The notes under the pieces were generated by a model. It saw only the letters and a program-made list of their open reading frames with translations. It was not told the origin of the DNA and did no database searches. 64,000 nt of DNA from Nemertoderma westbladi (taxonomy: Eukaryota; Animalia; Xenacoelomorpha). The stretch is taken from positions 1 through 64,000 of the forward strand of contig JAUCBJ010006611.1 in the NCBI GenBank assembly GCA_032718475.1, in the 5' to 3' direction. The stretch's first letter is position 1; each line of letters starts with the position of its first letter. This document shows positions 38,583 through 50,251 of the stretch, piece after piece. Position numbers and translations under genes: made by a program.

Positions 38583-39775
38583 TGTAAAAGCTTTTGCGGA
38601 TATACTCAGTCCCCCTCGCCCGCAAGGTACCGTTATAGGTGTTTTAACGGACATAAAAGTCATTCTTCTATATACGTGCTTTGGCGGACATGGTAAGGCA
38701 AAAAACCCGCAATGCACCAAATACCCTGGCACAGCTTAGCCTTGATGATTCAGATTACGACATCTAACAGCTGGTTGCTGACATGGAAACGGCCATTGGA
38801 CACATGGTTCTTTGTTTAGCTTAACAGCCAATAAGAGCGATTTTTTCTGTCGATGTGGAGATATTTTGGCAGATCATGCTAGGAGTGTTCAGTCTTACTT
38901 TTTTTTCTTGATACTGTTGTGTTGTTTCTATCTAGGCCAGGAACACCGGTTCTAGAGTCAATTCGTTTCAGACTTTAGAAGAAACATTAGTAGGCTTAAG
39001 ATTATAGAGCGTATAACTGTTAACATAACAACTCGGCTCAATCGGCACATACATTGTCATATCATATCTTAACCTACCGTCTTAATGCTTTTACTGTTGT
39101 TATTATTTTGTATCAGTTGGTTGAATATTATTTGGAGAACATCTATAAAGAACCCAAATTTCCCAATTTTCTTGATACACTACAGGTTAGAGAGACAGGT
39201 TACATATAGCGATTGCGACTTATATTATTGTGGTTTGTAGTGAATTTAATGCTATTTGATAAGCACTACATGAGTCAGTTGCTGTTCTCTTAATATATGA
39301 TAAAATTCATTGACGGTCGGCAAATTAGTGAGCAGTATTGTGTGTTACCGGTAGTGTGCATGATTGTGACTGATAACTAAGCATTTCCTAAAGAATGCGC
39401 CTCATACGTGAATCATAAGCCTTACCGACTTACCGTTGTGATTAGTATAAGTAATATCTCTATTTACCTAGATAGAGCGCCACGTCCTAAAGGAACTGTT
39501 AATATTTCCCGAAAGTGAATAATATTGGTCAGAAATTATTTATTAACGATCAATCGAATAATACAGTAAGCTTACACTGCAATAATAATCTAAGCCCTCA
39601 GAATCCAGTCTCCTGGGTATATCCAGCGGGTGAATGGACGCGCACTAGGCTGGCTTCTGCTAATGTTGTGTTTATTGGTATTAAATATTTGTCAATTTCT
39701 AAAGTCTATTTATAAACCAAAAGACATATAAATTTTGGCAGGTTAAACTGCTAAAGGTCTTCAAAAGCGCGTACA
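38583..39775 (+). repeat. 3' LTR (1193 bp)
   Basis: Direct repeat of 21411-22603. Confidence 0.96.
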
Positions 39776-41516
39776 AAAATTGATATTTTTCCGCAAACCC
39801 TTTCAAAAGAAAACGCTGCTAAAAACAACTGAAATTGTGAAAATGTTGCGAAGGAAATATAAAGTATTTTCGTTGGATGACTGCGTGCAAATACTGAAAT
39901 AACTTGCAAATACTGCAAGTACTAAGTACTTTAATAATAAGTACTTTGCAAAAATAGTTTTTATCAACAACATCACGTAACATTACTAAACGGAATATTA
40001 TGCTATGTCTATAAAACCTTTGCTATAAAAAGTGTAATGGTTTTGGTAGAATTTCTCACGCTTTAATTTTTAATATATTAAAGGAACCATTATCACAAAT
40101 CTATTTATTTTATTTATAAAGTTACTATTCTGAAACTTTAACACAATGATCGGCGCAGTGGCGGTACGGCTAATGTCGCGTTACGGAAAGTCACGTTACG
40201 GCTAATTTTCTGAGTAGCCGTAACGCGACTTTGAAAGTCGCGGTACTGCTACTCAAAAAGTCGCGTTACGGTAATCTATTGTCTTGGTTTTACATAGGGA
40301 ATCATTATCAATATTATTCTATGGTGTTTATGTTTAAGTACATGAGATGAGAAAGGTTCGAAAAATGGTATATTAAATGTTATTAAATGTTATTATGTTA
40401 TTAAAATGTTATTGTTATTAATGTTATTAAAATGTGGTAAATGGTATTATTATAATAGGTATATTGGTCGAGTCGAGTGTTGATCAGTATATTGCCGAAA
40501 TATTGCACTTTGAATTTATCATTATAATATTCAAATGAAAAGTATCTAAAACTAACCAGTGATGGCCCGCGTATGGCATTTGGTTCGGTGGTGGAGTGGG
40601 TTGGAATGGTTGGCCACGGAGGGGTGGTCGGGGTTGGGTTGGGAAGAAATAGTTCAGCCGCGAAGGGGTGGTTCACTACACCAACATTCCAGTCGGGATC
40701 ACCACCCCTTCCCAATGCATCTGGGGCGGTATTCATAAATGTGACTAACTAGGAACTTAGTCCTAGTCACATCAAGTTAGTAAGTGCTTGTACTAATTCG
40801 GTATTCAGAGAAGTTGGTGCTACTTATTACTAACGTATTTAGTACTAGTTGTTGTTAAACTCGTATTCATAGAATTTAGTCTTATTATTAGTTAGCATTA
40901 GCTGTAACTTAAATTTCTAGTCACATGAAGATGTGACTAAGTTGGTAAGAAAGCTTACTTATTCTATGTTGGCCTTCATACATACAGTATGGTTATTATG
41001 TTACTGACGACTCCGGCCACATTATACTCTCTCTTGTTTTTCTAGCGTTCTGTGTTCATTGCAAATGTGTTGTTGCAGAGAAACTGTCAAATGTAACGAC
41101 GTAAAGCTTTTTGTTTTTAAACATATATCCGACTTAAATTTCCAAATTTCAGCTTACATTCTTGAATGGTGAGATTGCTCCCGAACGGTCCGCGTCCGTT
41201 GAAAAATGTGTTTCGCTAAAGAATTCTACCATTCGCGAACTTTCGCAAGATAAAAAAGTGGTAGCGTTCCCACTTCATTATTTGTCTCTCTATTACCGAA
41301 TGTAAATAATGGTATTCGATAATGGTAGCCAATTGATTTATCGCCTTACTAAAAATATTAATTTTTCACTAAAATTTTAACAGGAAATCACTAAAATATT
41401 CAGTTTCCACTAAAATCTATTAATTAACATGAAATCTATTAATTATAAATTATTGCTAAAATGTGGGCAAGGGCAGGTTACAGTGCCACGTTATTCTAAC
41501 CTAAATAATGGGCCTA

Positions 41517-41981
41517 AACCATGGAGCCCATTTTGGCACTTTGGATAATTGAAGAATTATCAAAAAAGAAAGACAGGCCTGGCTGTTATCTTTGTTGACT
41601 TCTTCAAGGCCTTTGATTCAGTCTCTCGCTCACGTATGTTCAGCATACTTTTATTATATGGGATTCCTGATGAAATCATTGCAGCAATCAGATCAGTATA
41701 CGATGGTTCGACAACATTTGTGTCTACTGTTGACGGTGACACAGAACCATTTGAAGTGTTATGGGGCGTCCTCCAAGGAGACACACTTGCACCATTCTTG
41801 TTCATTATTGTGGTTGACTATGTTCTACGCATGTCCTTAGATCATTATAATGATGATGGGGTGATGATAACTCCACCTACTGGCTCCAGAAGTCGAGGAA
41901 ATCATGCCAAGTACCTAACCGATCTAGACTTTGCTGATGACTTAGGAGTACTCTCACAATCATTAGAGGGAGCCCAACGGC
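41517..41981 (+). mobile_element. RTE-like LINE, 5'-truncated; part upstream of the Polinton insertion
   Basis: FVDFFKAFDSV, GVLQGDTLAPFLF, DLDFADDL. Confidence 0.9.
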
Positions 41982-42179
41982 AGTAGTAGAAGAAACATAG
42001 ACCTCAGCGTACTCCTCCCTAGCTTGGGCTATGGGCTAGATCTCGGAGGGCTATTAAAAATGCCAAATTTCGGTGCTAAATTGCAGTGTTTAATGACCAT
42101 CTGTCACCACCAGTATTGATTCGCGTCGTTGCCTTGCCTTCAACCAATCGTTGCGTATTCACCTACGCGTAGCCTAACC
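41982..42179 (+). repeat. Polinton left TIR (near-perfect part)
   Basis: Reverse complement of 60771-60968. Confidence 0.95.
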
Positions 42180-42741
42180 ACACGATGCCTGCCTTACTCC
42201 GCCATATGTCACCATCAGCAGTTGCCATCAACCAATCGTCGCGTAGCCTAACCTCGCGATGCCCGCCTTACTCGACTGACTGACTAACCCTAATGTTATT
42301 CACCTTTTCGCCACGTTACCACCGCTGCCACGTTACCACCACCACTGTATACTGTATATGGTGACGACGTGGCCATCTACACGCATCACGCATATATTAT
42401 ATTATATTGATTGCCAACTCCACGACTGCTGTCGCCAAATCAACAAACCAACCAGTATGATACATGAAATTCCGTCACGTTCCAGCTACGCGTATACGAG
42501 CATTAGTGATTATTATTATTATTATTACGCAATAATTTTTGTTTATACAGTAGTTCCCTACCGGCTAATCAACCAATCAATAAACCGAATTTAGGCTATT
42601 TCTCAGTTTAAGACCAGTATTATTTTTGAAAATATCTTATATATATAATCTCTTGCTTTAATCACAATTAATCATTTGTAATGGTTTTAGTTTAAAAGTT
42701 TTTACTTTGTTTGTTTGATTTACAATAAAATAAATTAAATA

Positions 42742-43185
42742 ATGTCTTCTGATTCCGATATGGTTATGCCAATAGTAAGGCATTCATTTTTTGCAGAAGA
42801 TGGTGAAGCCTATATTGTTATTGATTATACAATTTACCGTCGGGGAGATGATACATATAAAATTGAGTTTTCTGAAAAAGCCAGGAAAGTTTTAAGCTCA
42901 ATTGATATTGATGCTTCTGATAATAGTATTCATCTCTTAGATTACAACCTGAAAGTTGAGCATGAGGGAAAATTAATCAACATCTTACTATTATCCATGA
43001 TAGAGGGGTTTATTGTTATTACACAATACAACGAAGCTGGTGAAAAGTTTGAAATACGGCTAAATCGGTATAGCCCCTACGAAATTATGTCTTTCTTTAT
43101 TGTAATGATTTCAAAAGAATCCTTTGTCGAACCTGAAGAATCAACAGATAATGTTGAATATGTTGATAATATCATTGATTCTTGA
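42742..43185 (+). CDS. Polinton accessory ORF, acidic, unknown function (147 aa)
   Basis: Intact ORF in AT-rich DNA, first of the + strand gene block; no motif recognised. Confidence 0.6.
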   Translation: MSSDSDMVMPIVRHSFFAEDGEAYIVIDYTIYRRGDDTYKIEFSEKARKVLSSIDIDASDNSIHLLDYNLKVEHEGKLINILLLSMIEGFIVITQYNEAGEKFEIRLNRYSPYEIMSFFIVMISKESFVEPEESTDNVEYVDNIIDS

Positions 43186-43371
43186 CTTTTCCCTCTATAT
43201 TATAAATATTTTATGATTATTTATAAAATTTTGATGTTTTTAATTATGAAAAAACATCAAATTTTAAATAATCGAAAATTGTAGTAGTAATTGCATATAC
43301 AGTATAACAGATTTGTTTGTTGTTGTTGTGTATTGAGGTAATTATTTTCAATTTACTTTAAAATTTGGAAA

Positions 43372-43824
43372 ATGGATATTTTAAATGAAAAATGTCCAGT
43401 TTGCTATTCTAAGTTATTGCAACAACATCGAGATTATTATAAATGTGAAAATAAACATGCAACTTGCGTACAATGTATTGTACAATATTCCGAAATGAAT
43501 AATTATTGTTCTAAAATTTGTCCTATTTGTCGCGCACCCATATCTAAGTTTAATATAAAGTTGGCAAGTTATCAACCCTATTATTGGAAAGAGCTTCGAA
43601 ATATAACTTATACTTCTGCGGAAAGTAATGATCCAGGAGATTTATTTACAATATTGGAGAATATTTTTTATAGAAATGTAGTACGACGGTGTTGCTACTA
43701 TATTCCTTATTTTTTTAGCAGCGAACATAAAAAAATCATTAGTGCGAAATTCTCGGAAAGTGATTTCCAAACCGCCGATGTTACCTATCATTATTTCGCG
43801 TATAAAGATGCTCACCATGCTTAA
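43372..43824 (+). CDS. RING-finger (C3HC4) protein, putative E3 ligase
   Basis: CPVC...CENKHATCVQC...CPICR. Confidence 0.8.
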   Translation: MDILNEKCPVCYSKLLQQHRDYYKCENKHATCVQCIVQYSEMNNYCSKICPICRAPISKFNIKLASYQPYYWKELRNITYTSAESNDPGDLFTILENIFYRNVVRRCCYYIPYFFSSEHKKIISAKFSESDFQTADVTYHYFAYKDAHHA

Positions 43825-44052
43825 AATTACATTGAAAATGAGTCTATACTATAATTGGAAATAGCACCTTTTGTTGCAGCGAGCGTCACATACTGTAGTT
43901 GTGTCATATGTTAATTAAATATACAGTACTCTAATATTGTAGTTGCATCAATTATTGTTATATACATAGTAATGGTGATGGTTTATTGATATTGATATTG
44001 ATATTATATTATATTATATTGTATTGTTGATATATCTTAATAATAATAATAA

Positions 44053-44727
44053 ATGGCTGACTTTAATTCAGGTCCATATAATTTAAACTTTCAAATGGGA
44101 ACGAGTATGATAATTTCTGGCCCATCTGGTTCTGGAAAATCAACGTTTGTCAGTAATTTAATTAAACACAAGAATGGTTGTTTCAACGAAGCCCCCCTGG
44201 GAGTATTGTATTGTTACGGGAGCAATCCCCCGACTATTCCCGGTATTACTCACCTTTACAAAGGTTTGCCAGAAAATATAGATAGTTTAGTAAATAGTCG
44301 AGATTTATTAATTATAGATGATTTATTAACAGAAACTGAGTCCAGTACAGCTTTAACTGTATTGTTTACTAAGGTAGCTCATCATTCCAATATATTTATT
44401 TGTTTTATAACGCAAAACATGTTTTACGGTGGGAAGCATAACCGCACAAGATCAATTAATAGCCATACCTTAGTATTAATGAAAAATCCGCGAGACAGTC
44501 TATCGGTTTTAAATTTCGCAAAGCAGATGTTACCAGGGCAGACCAAATTTTTAGTAGATTCCTATCAAGATGCGACAATTGAACCATTTTCGCATTTCTT
44601 AATTGATTTACGACAGGAAACACCCGAACATTTAAGATTTAGATCGGATATATTTCGTAATCATAATTGTTACATTAAAAATTACATTGACTATAAACGT
44701 AGCGAAAATAATAATAATGATAAATAA
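44053..44727 (+). CDS. Genome-packaging ATPase (A32/FtsK-like)
   Basis: Walker A GPSGSGKST, Walker B LLIIDD, FTKVAHH, FITQN, KNPRD. Confidence 0.92.
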   Translation: MADFNSGPYNLNFQMGTSMIISGPSGSGKSTFVSNLIKHKNGCFNEAPLGVLYCYGSNPPTIPGITHLYKGLPENIDSLVNSRDLLIIDDLLTETESSTALTVLFTKVAHHSNIFICFITQNMFYGGKHNRTRSINSHTLVLMKNPRDSLSVLNFAKQMLPGQTKFLVDSYQDATIEPFSHFLIDLRQETPEHLRFRSDIFRNHNCYIKNYIDYKRSENNNNDK

Positions 44728-44764
44728 TTAATATTTTGTAACAATTTTCAATAATGTTGCAACA

Positions 44765-45148
44765 ATGAATAGACTTGTGCAGAAATATCGTAACGAACTG
44801 GAATTTCTACGCAGCGCTACCCCTCAACAAAGAACTTATTTTATTAACCATACCGCGAGTAACGAATTAATACGGCTCATTGTAAATACTGCATTAAATG
44901 TTCTAAAAGGTAACGTACAATTAACCCCTCATTCATTTAGAAATATTCGCCGCTATAAGAAGGTATTGAAATCACTCAACCGTAAAACAAAAAATATATC
45001 AAGTTACAGAAAAAAGTTAAGCAATCAATCTGGAGGTATACTACCGTTTCTAATACCCTTACTCGGCATTGGTGCGAAACTTGCTGCGAGTGCTGGTGCC
45101 GCCGCCGCTGGAGCAGCTATTGCGAAAAAAATTAACCGTGGACGGTAA
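44765..45148 (+). CDS. Small basic Polinton virion/core protein
   Basis: LNVLKGNVQLT and QSGGILPFLIPLLG (adenain-type GG cleavage site followed by a hydrophobic tail). Confidence 0.75.
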   Translation: MNRLVQKYRNELEFLRSATPQQRTYFINHTASNELIRLIVNTALNVLKGNVQLTPHSFRNIRRYKKVLKSLNRKTKNISSYRKKLSNQSGGILPFLIPLLGIGAKLAASAGAAAAGAAIAKKINRGR

Positions 45149-45150
45149 TA

Positions 45151-45321
45151 ATGGTTAAAACGGGAGTAACATTTAGAAAATTATATTTAGTATCGAGTAA
45201 ACCGTTAGCTACTGATTTAAAACCACAAGATATACCTAGAGTAAATACTACAAAAAGAAAACCCTTTAAAACATCAACTTCAAAGAAAATAATTAAAAAA
45301 TTTCAGTTGTTCTTACGGTGA
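45151..45321 (+). CDS. Small basic ORF (56 aa), below the ORF-track cutoff
   Basis: MVKTGVTFRKLYLVS...; ATG two bases after the previous stop, filling the gap to the integrase. Confidence 0.4.
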   Translation: MVKTGVTFRKLYLVSSKPLATDLKPQDIPRVNTTKRKPFKTSTSKKIIKKFQLFLR

Positions 45322-45371
45322 GATTTGAATAAGAGATTTGAATATACATATTACTTGCGGTTGTCGAAAAG

Positions 45372-46460
45372 ATGCCACGCAAGATGAAACCGATTTTAAG
45401 CCGAAGCTTAGACAAAAAACTGTTAAGAATTTATTTAGATCCATCATCCCCTGCGGGTTTTGCAAGTATTGCAAAATTAGCAAAAGCTGCAAACATCAAA
45501 CCAGCACAAGCCCAGAAATGGTTGAGCAGGCAAAAGACATACACCCTTCACGCTCCACGTAGACATCATTATCCAACATCTAAAATATTTACGGGAGGCT
45601 TAAAAGATATATATATGATAGATCTGGTGGATATGCAGCAATATAAATCGCAAAATAATAATTATAACTATATATTAACATGTATTGATGCCTTTAGCAG
45701 GCTTGCTTTTGCCTATGGTATGAAAACAAAAAAGGGTATTGAAATTATTAGTATATTGCAAAAAATACTCCAGAAAGGAAAACCAAACAGAATCGCGACT
45801 GATCAAGGGTCTGAGTTTCTAAATAAATCTGTAAGAAAATATTTAGATACGTTAGGTATACAGTATTACGTAATGTATTCTGTGAATAAGGCGGCTATTA
45901 TCGAGAGATTCAATAGAACATTAAAAACAAAGATGTTCAAAATTTTCACGCAACGGGGAAATAATGTTTGGATTAAAATTTTACCAAAGCTCATTTATGC
46001 TTATAATAGGTCATATCATAGGACAATACAAATGACACCTATTGAAGTTAATAAATTTAATGAAACTGAATTAATGAATAGATTATATGGGAAATATAGA
46101 CAGATTAATCACAAGAAAATAAAATTTAAAGTTGGAGATACAGTACGATTATCTATCGCTCGTACTGCTTTTGCTAAAGGCTATCGAGAACAATGGACAC
46201 GTGAATTATTTATTATTCATCGTGTCAGGTTGGATAGAGTACCAGCGGTAATGTTCGATATTAAGGACAGCGCTGGAGCTATAATAAATGGCTCATTTTA
46301 TTCATACGAACTCCAAAAGGTCCACCCGAATAGTAATATTTATCTACCAATTGACAAAAATATTGGCAAACTTAAAGAACGTGTACGCAATGGGAAGAAA
46401 GAATATTTAGTCCGATTCATCGGATCCAAGAAACAGTCGTGGGTACAGCATATTCAATAA
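45372..46460 (+). CDS. Retroviral-like (rve) integrase with C-terminal chromodomain-like tail
   Basis: IDLVDM, CIDAFSR, TDQGSEF, AIIERFNRTLK, KGYREQWTRELF, KEYLVRFIG...SWV. Confidence 0.95.
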   Translation: MPRKMKPILSRSLDKKLLRIYLDPSSPAGFASIAKLAKAANIKPAQAQKWLSRQKTYTLHAPRRHHYPTSKIFTGGLKDIYMIDLVDMQQYKSQNNNYNYILTCIDAFSRLAFAYGMKTKKGIEIISILQKILQKGKPNRIATDQGSEFLNKSVRKYLDTLGIQYYVMYSVNKAAIIERFNRTLKTKMFKIFTQRGNNVWIKILPKLIYAYNRSYHRTIQMTPIEVNKFNETELMNRLYGKYRQINHKKIKFKVGDTVRLSIARTAFAKGYREQWTRELFIIHRVRLDRVPAVMFDIKDSAGAIINGSFYSYELQKVHPNSNIYLPIDKNIGKLKERVRNGKKEYLVRFIGSKKQSWVQHIQ

Positions 46461-46709
46461 GCTTAGGTTTATACTGTATATTAATTCATTTTGGTTGCAT
46501 ATGTCCGTAATTAATCAATATTAACTCGAATGATATTACTATATCTATAGTTCATCCGCTTTAAATAAAGCCAGTAAAATATTGATCCCTCACATATATT
46601 GTAGAAGCGACAATGAACGTGGTCACAGATGTCTATAATTTAACATTATACTGTACTGTATGTACAATGGAGTCAAGTAGAGAGAGAGAGAGCTTAAATA
46701 ATAATAATA

Positions 46710-47582
46710 ATGGCCACAGATACATATATCACTCTACTTTCAGATAGCTCATTAAACACTTACCCCAATAATAATCCTAGTGAGTTTACTGTTGATTTAG
46801 CCGAAGAATTATATATTGGTCCAAACGCTAAAATTGGTTTGGCTGAGCTTCAATACCAAGCAACATACAGTAATATTACACTGCAAACTCAAATCTCGCT
46901 GTCAATCGGGGTAGATGCAAAAGATGCCAAATTATATAGTTTATTTCCTGGTATGCATAGCTCTATTCAAGTGATTATTGATGATATAAATAAACTGTTT
47001 AATTCTGAAGCGAAATATAGAGATTTCGAATTCATTTTTAATACAAATAATTCTAGAATTAAATTTAAATTTCCTAAAAAGTTGAAAAAAATACAATTAA
47101 GTCTACGTGGTGATTTAATACAAATTCTAGGCTTAAAACCGTTATTGGATCAGAATCATCCAGGTATTCCAAATTGGGATATATACAGTACCACTACAGT
47201 AGATGAATTAAGCAATATAGAACAACCGATATTAATTTTAAATTATAGCGGACCAAAAATTTCGGAAATTGGCATTTTAGATTTTCCAGCTCCCACGAAT
47301 ATAACACGTAATAAAGATACAATTTTTATATATACTGATATTATTAAGAGCTCATTTGTTGGTGACGCTTTAGCTCCGCTCTTAAGAACCTGCCCTTTAA
47401 AGCAATTAAATCGAAAATATATTAATCACGAATACGAGAGTATTTGCTATTACCCATTGTTGAATAAAAAACTAAAAACAATCTTAATTACTTTACGTGA
47501 CGGACAAGGCGAATTAATTAATTTTAGCGGAGGTCGCACTGTTATAACACTTAAGTTAATACGGGGTGGCGGTGATGGATGA
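46710..47582 (+). CDS. Minor capsid protein (penton) 1
   Basis: YITLLSDSS..YPNNNPSEFTVDL, IGLAEL, FIYTDII..SFVGD..APLLR, I.L.D..G..I.F. Confidence 0.85.
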   Translation: MATDTYITLLSDSSLNTYPNNNPSEFTVDLAEELYIGPNAKIGLAELQYQATYSNITLQTQISLSIGVDAKDAKLYSLFPGMHSSIQVIIDDINKLFNSEAKYRDFEFIFNTNNSRIKFKFPKKLKKIQLSLRGDLIQILGLKPLLDQNHPGIPNWDIYSTTTVDELSNIEQPILILNYSGPKISEIGILDFPAPTNITRNKDTIFIYTDIIKSSFVGDALAPLLRTCPLKQLNRKYINHEYESICYYPLLNKKLKTILITLRDGQGELINFSGGRTVITLKLIRGGGDG

Positions 47583-48419
47583 ATTCTACGTAAGACTACC
47601 GAGTAACTCCTGTCCAGTTGATTTTCCGCGTAATTCTGCTAGTAGTTATCAGATCAATTTCCATGGCGCCTTACCTATAAACCCAAACGAAAACTGGGTG
47701 GTAGGTATAAAAAGTATATTTTACTTAGCAATGTTGCCGTCCATGTATAACAATGTAGAGAATGTTATTTTATTAAAAAAAGGGAAAAAAAATTTTGAGG
47801 ATACACTTCCATCCGGTTTGTTCTACAGTATCAATGACATTATAGATTATTTTAACACGGGGGCGTTGAAAGATAAATTACAAACAGTTGAAAATACTCA
47901 GCAAAATAGGTTGCAATTTATTTTAGGGAAAACTGTGCGAGAGTTATTTATAGGTCAACAATTAGCCTATTATTTTGGAATTACTGAAAATAATCTCTGC
48001 GCGAATTTAAATCCAAATTTTAAAATTATTTTGAAGACGAAAAATAATATAAAGGGTTATTTAATAAAGGTTATCGGAAATGGAGAAAAAGCTTACCAGA
48101 TGGTATTTTTATGCCCTCAACCACCCAATTCTATTCCAGAACCTAAGTCGAACATGTACGTGACTACTAATATAATTGAAAATCAATATATTAATGACTT
48201 GGTTTAGCTTTACTTCGTCGTGTTGCGATACCTGATGACGTGAAATATGGTAGCGTAATAAATAAAGAATTTGTCAAGGATACAATTCATTATATCCCTG
48301 TAAAAAAATCATATAAGATAACATACATTCATATTGAAATAACAGACAAAGAAGGAAAAGATTTGAATTTTGAATATGGGACAACATCTATTACATTACA
48401 CTTTAAACGAATAAATTAA
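47575..48419 (+). pseudogene. Minor capsid protein (penton) 2, frameshifted near 48204
   Basis: FYVRLPSNS...FPRNSAS, WVVGI, MYVTTNIIENQYIND; the -1 frame continues LLRRVAI...YIPV...IHIEITDKEG..LNFEYGTTSITLHFKRIN*. Confidence 0.8.
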
Positions 48420-48420
48420 A

Positions 48421-48987
48421 ATGGATTCTGATTTATTTCAAAGATACAGTAAACCTCAATATGGTGGTGCAGACTCTAATCTTGCTGTTTTTAAAGGTGG
48501 TAGAAGTACGAGAGGCTCGACGCAAGTTCCTGTTTTTCGAGGTGGTTCATATATTGACCCTTACGGTCAACAAATTGGTGCATTTGGTCCAAACTTAAAA
48601 CAACGTCGTTTTCAACGTTATCGTAGAGGTATGTCGCAAACAAATCAACACGGAGAAGGTATATTTACAGACGCTTTATCGACATTGAAAAAATTTGGTA
48701 AGCCATTAGCTAAAAAAGTTTTACAAAAAGCTTTACCATTTACCACAAAATTTATGAGACAACACGTAATACCAAAAGGTAAGCGGGTCTTACATCAGCA
48801 GGCTAATACGGTTATTAATAAAGCATTAAATAAAATGAAACCGTCAACAAGGTCAGTTGTAGAAAAAGTTTATAGAGATTTAAAGCGACCTGCTAGACCA
48901 ATGTCTTTGAACATACATCATCGTCGTAGTAAAAATAGAAAAATAAAAAAAGGCAAACTGAAACACTGCGAAAAAAGTATTTTTTAA
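48421..48987 (+). CDS. Basic core or membrane-active virion protein
   Basis: Lys/Arg-rich; QYGG and QHGEG putative protease sites followed by an amphipathic helix IFTDALSTLKKFGKPLAKKVL; lies between penton and major capsid genes. Confidence 0.65.
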   Translation: MDSDLFQRYSKPQYGGADSNLAVFKGGRSTRGSTQVPVFRGGSYIDPYGQQIGAFGPNLKQRRFQRYRRGMSQTNQHGEGIFTDALSTLKKFGKPLAKKVLQKALPFTTKFMRQHVIPKGKRVLHQQANTVINKALNKMKPSTRSVVEKVYRDLKRPARPMSLNIHHRRSKNRKIKKGKLKHCEKSIF

Positions 48988-48989
48988 TA

Positions 48990-50249
48990 ATGTCAATTAT
49001 TAAGGAATTAGATTTATTTTCTACACAGCCAATACAGACTGAATTTAAAGCAAAGCATTATGAAACAATTTACCCCGTATCTAATCTCAGAAGTGAGTCT
49101 AGGGAAGTCACGTTCCTTGTACCGAGATCCAATGAATTCTATACGAAACTGCAAGATGCGTTATTAATTACAAAATGTACTGTACGGTGGGATAGACAAC
49201 TTGAAAACTCTCATATATATATGTTGAATTACCCTTCTGGGACTATGTGGAGTGATATTAAAATAGACCTTAATGAGAAGCAGGTTGAAAATAGCAATAA
49301 CCATTATTTCTACAAGTCGTACTTATCCAATTTATTATTTACAACTTATGAGGATAAAAATGGGCTACTGGGTGCGGGTGGCTTTCATCAGCCTTTATCT
49401 GAACACGGAAATGAAATTGATCCCGGTGCGCATCCTATTGGCGATGCCTTTAGTAAACAAATGCAATTTGTAAGTGGATTGACGATTGATTTTGATACTG
49501 AAACTAAAATAATACAACCCGGGTATGATTTAAGAATGCATTTTAGAAAAGTATCAAATTCGTTTATTTTTAAAATCACTCCAAACGCAAACGCAGTGAC
49601 AAATCTTCGGCTAGAATTAGATGAAGTAAAGATCCTAATCCCTAGAATGGAGGTTAATCCGGTAATAGAAAGCAGTCACCTAAAAGGTTTAGAGAGTTAC
49701 GATATTGAATATCAATTCCAAAAAAAGGAGGTTACAACATTTACTATTCCCGCTCAAACCACAAATTACACCCAAACAAACATATTTGATGGTAAAAAAC
49801 CCAAATTAGTTATTATCGGCTTCATAACAAATAACGCTTATTCGGGAGAATTAATTAGCAATCCCTTGAAATTTGAACATTTTAACCTTAGACGCGCGGA
49901 ACTGATTGTAGACGGTCTTCCAGTAGGTGGTGTAATATATGAGCCTAATTTTACAGATGGAACATATATTTTTGAGTATACTCAATTAATGAAGAACATT
50001 AATACATATATTAACGGTTATGGAGGTAATAATATAGACCATGAAACCTACTTAGGTAATTGCCCCCTCCTATCCTGGGACCTAACCGCCGACGGCTATG
50101 TTAGAGATCCGCAACCGTCGATATATACTAATGGCCAATTAAAATTAAGATTTGCCGAACCGTTGGTTGAAACCATAAATGTAATCGTTTTTAATATTTA
50201 TGATCAATCATTAAGTTTAAATAGCAGGAAAGAAATACATATCGATTAA
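48990..50249 (+). CDS. Major capsid protein (double jelly-roll)
   Basis: ELDLFSTQPIQT, YFYKSYL..LL, PKLVIIGF, AYSG...NPLKFEHFNL, LKLRFAEPL; 419 aa. Confidence 0.9.
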   Translation: MSIIKELDLFSTQPIQTEFKAKHYETIYPVSNLRSESREVTFLVPRSNEFYTKLQDALLITKCTVRWDRQLENSHIYMLNYPSGTMWSDIKIDLNEKQVENSNNHYFYKSYLSNLLFTTYEDKNGLLGAGGFHQPLSEHGNEIDPGAHPIGDAFSKQMQFVSGLTIDFDTETKIIQPGYDLRMHFRKVSNSFIFKITPNANAVTNLRLELDEVKILIPRMEVNPVIESSHLKGLESYDIEYQFQKKEVTTFTIPAQTTNYTQTNIFDGKKPKLVIIGFITNNAYSGELISNPLKFEHFNLRRAELIVDGLPVGGVIYEPNFTDGTYIFEYTQLMKNINTYINGYGGNNIDHETYLGNCPLLSWDLTADGYVRDPQPSIYTNGQLKLRFAEPLVETINVIVFNIYDQSLSLNSRKEIHID

Positions 50250-50251
50250 GT

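Larger units (their letters stand above)
21411..39775 (+). mobile_element. Full-length BEL/Pao LTR retrotransposon, 18,365 bp, with extra 3' ORF
   Basis: Paired TGT...ACA LTRs, 5-bp TSD AAAAT (21406-21410, 39776-39780), Gag-PR-RT-RH-IN order with BEL-type motifs, short purine tract GGGAGCGG before the 3' LTR. Confidence 0.96.

Noticed and set aside
40140-41000. Possible MITE remnants (GTCGCGTTACGG repeats; GGGGCGGTATTCATAAA start)
   Set aside because: No paired TIRs or TSD could be defined by eye
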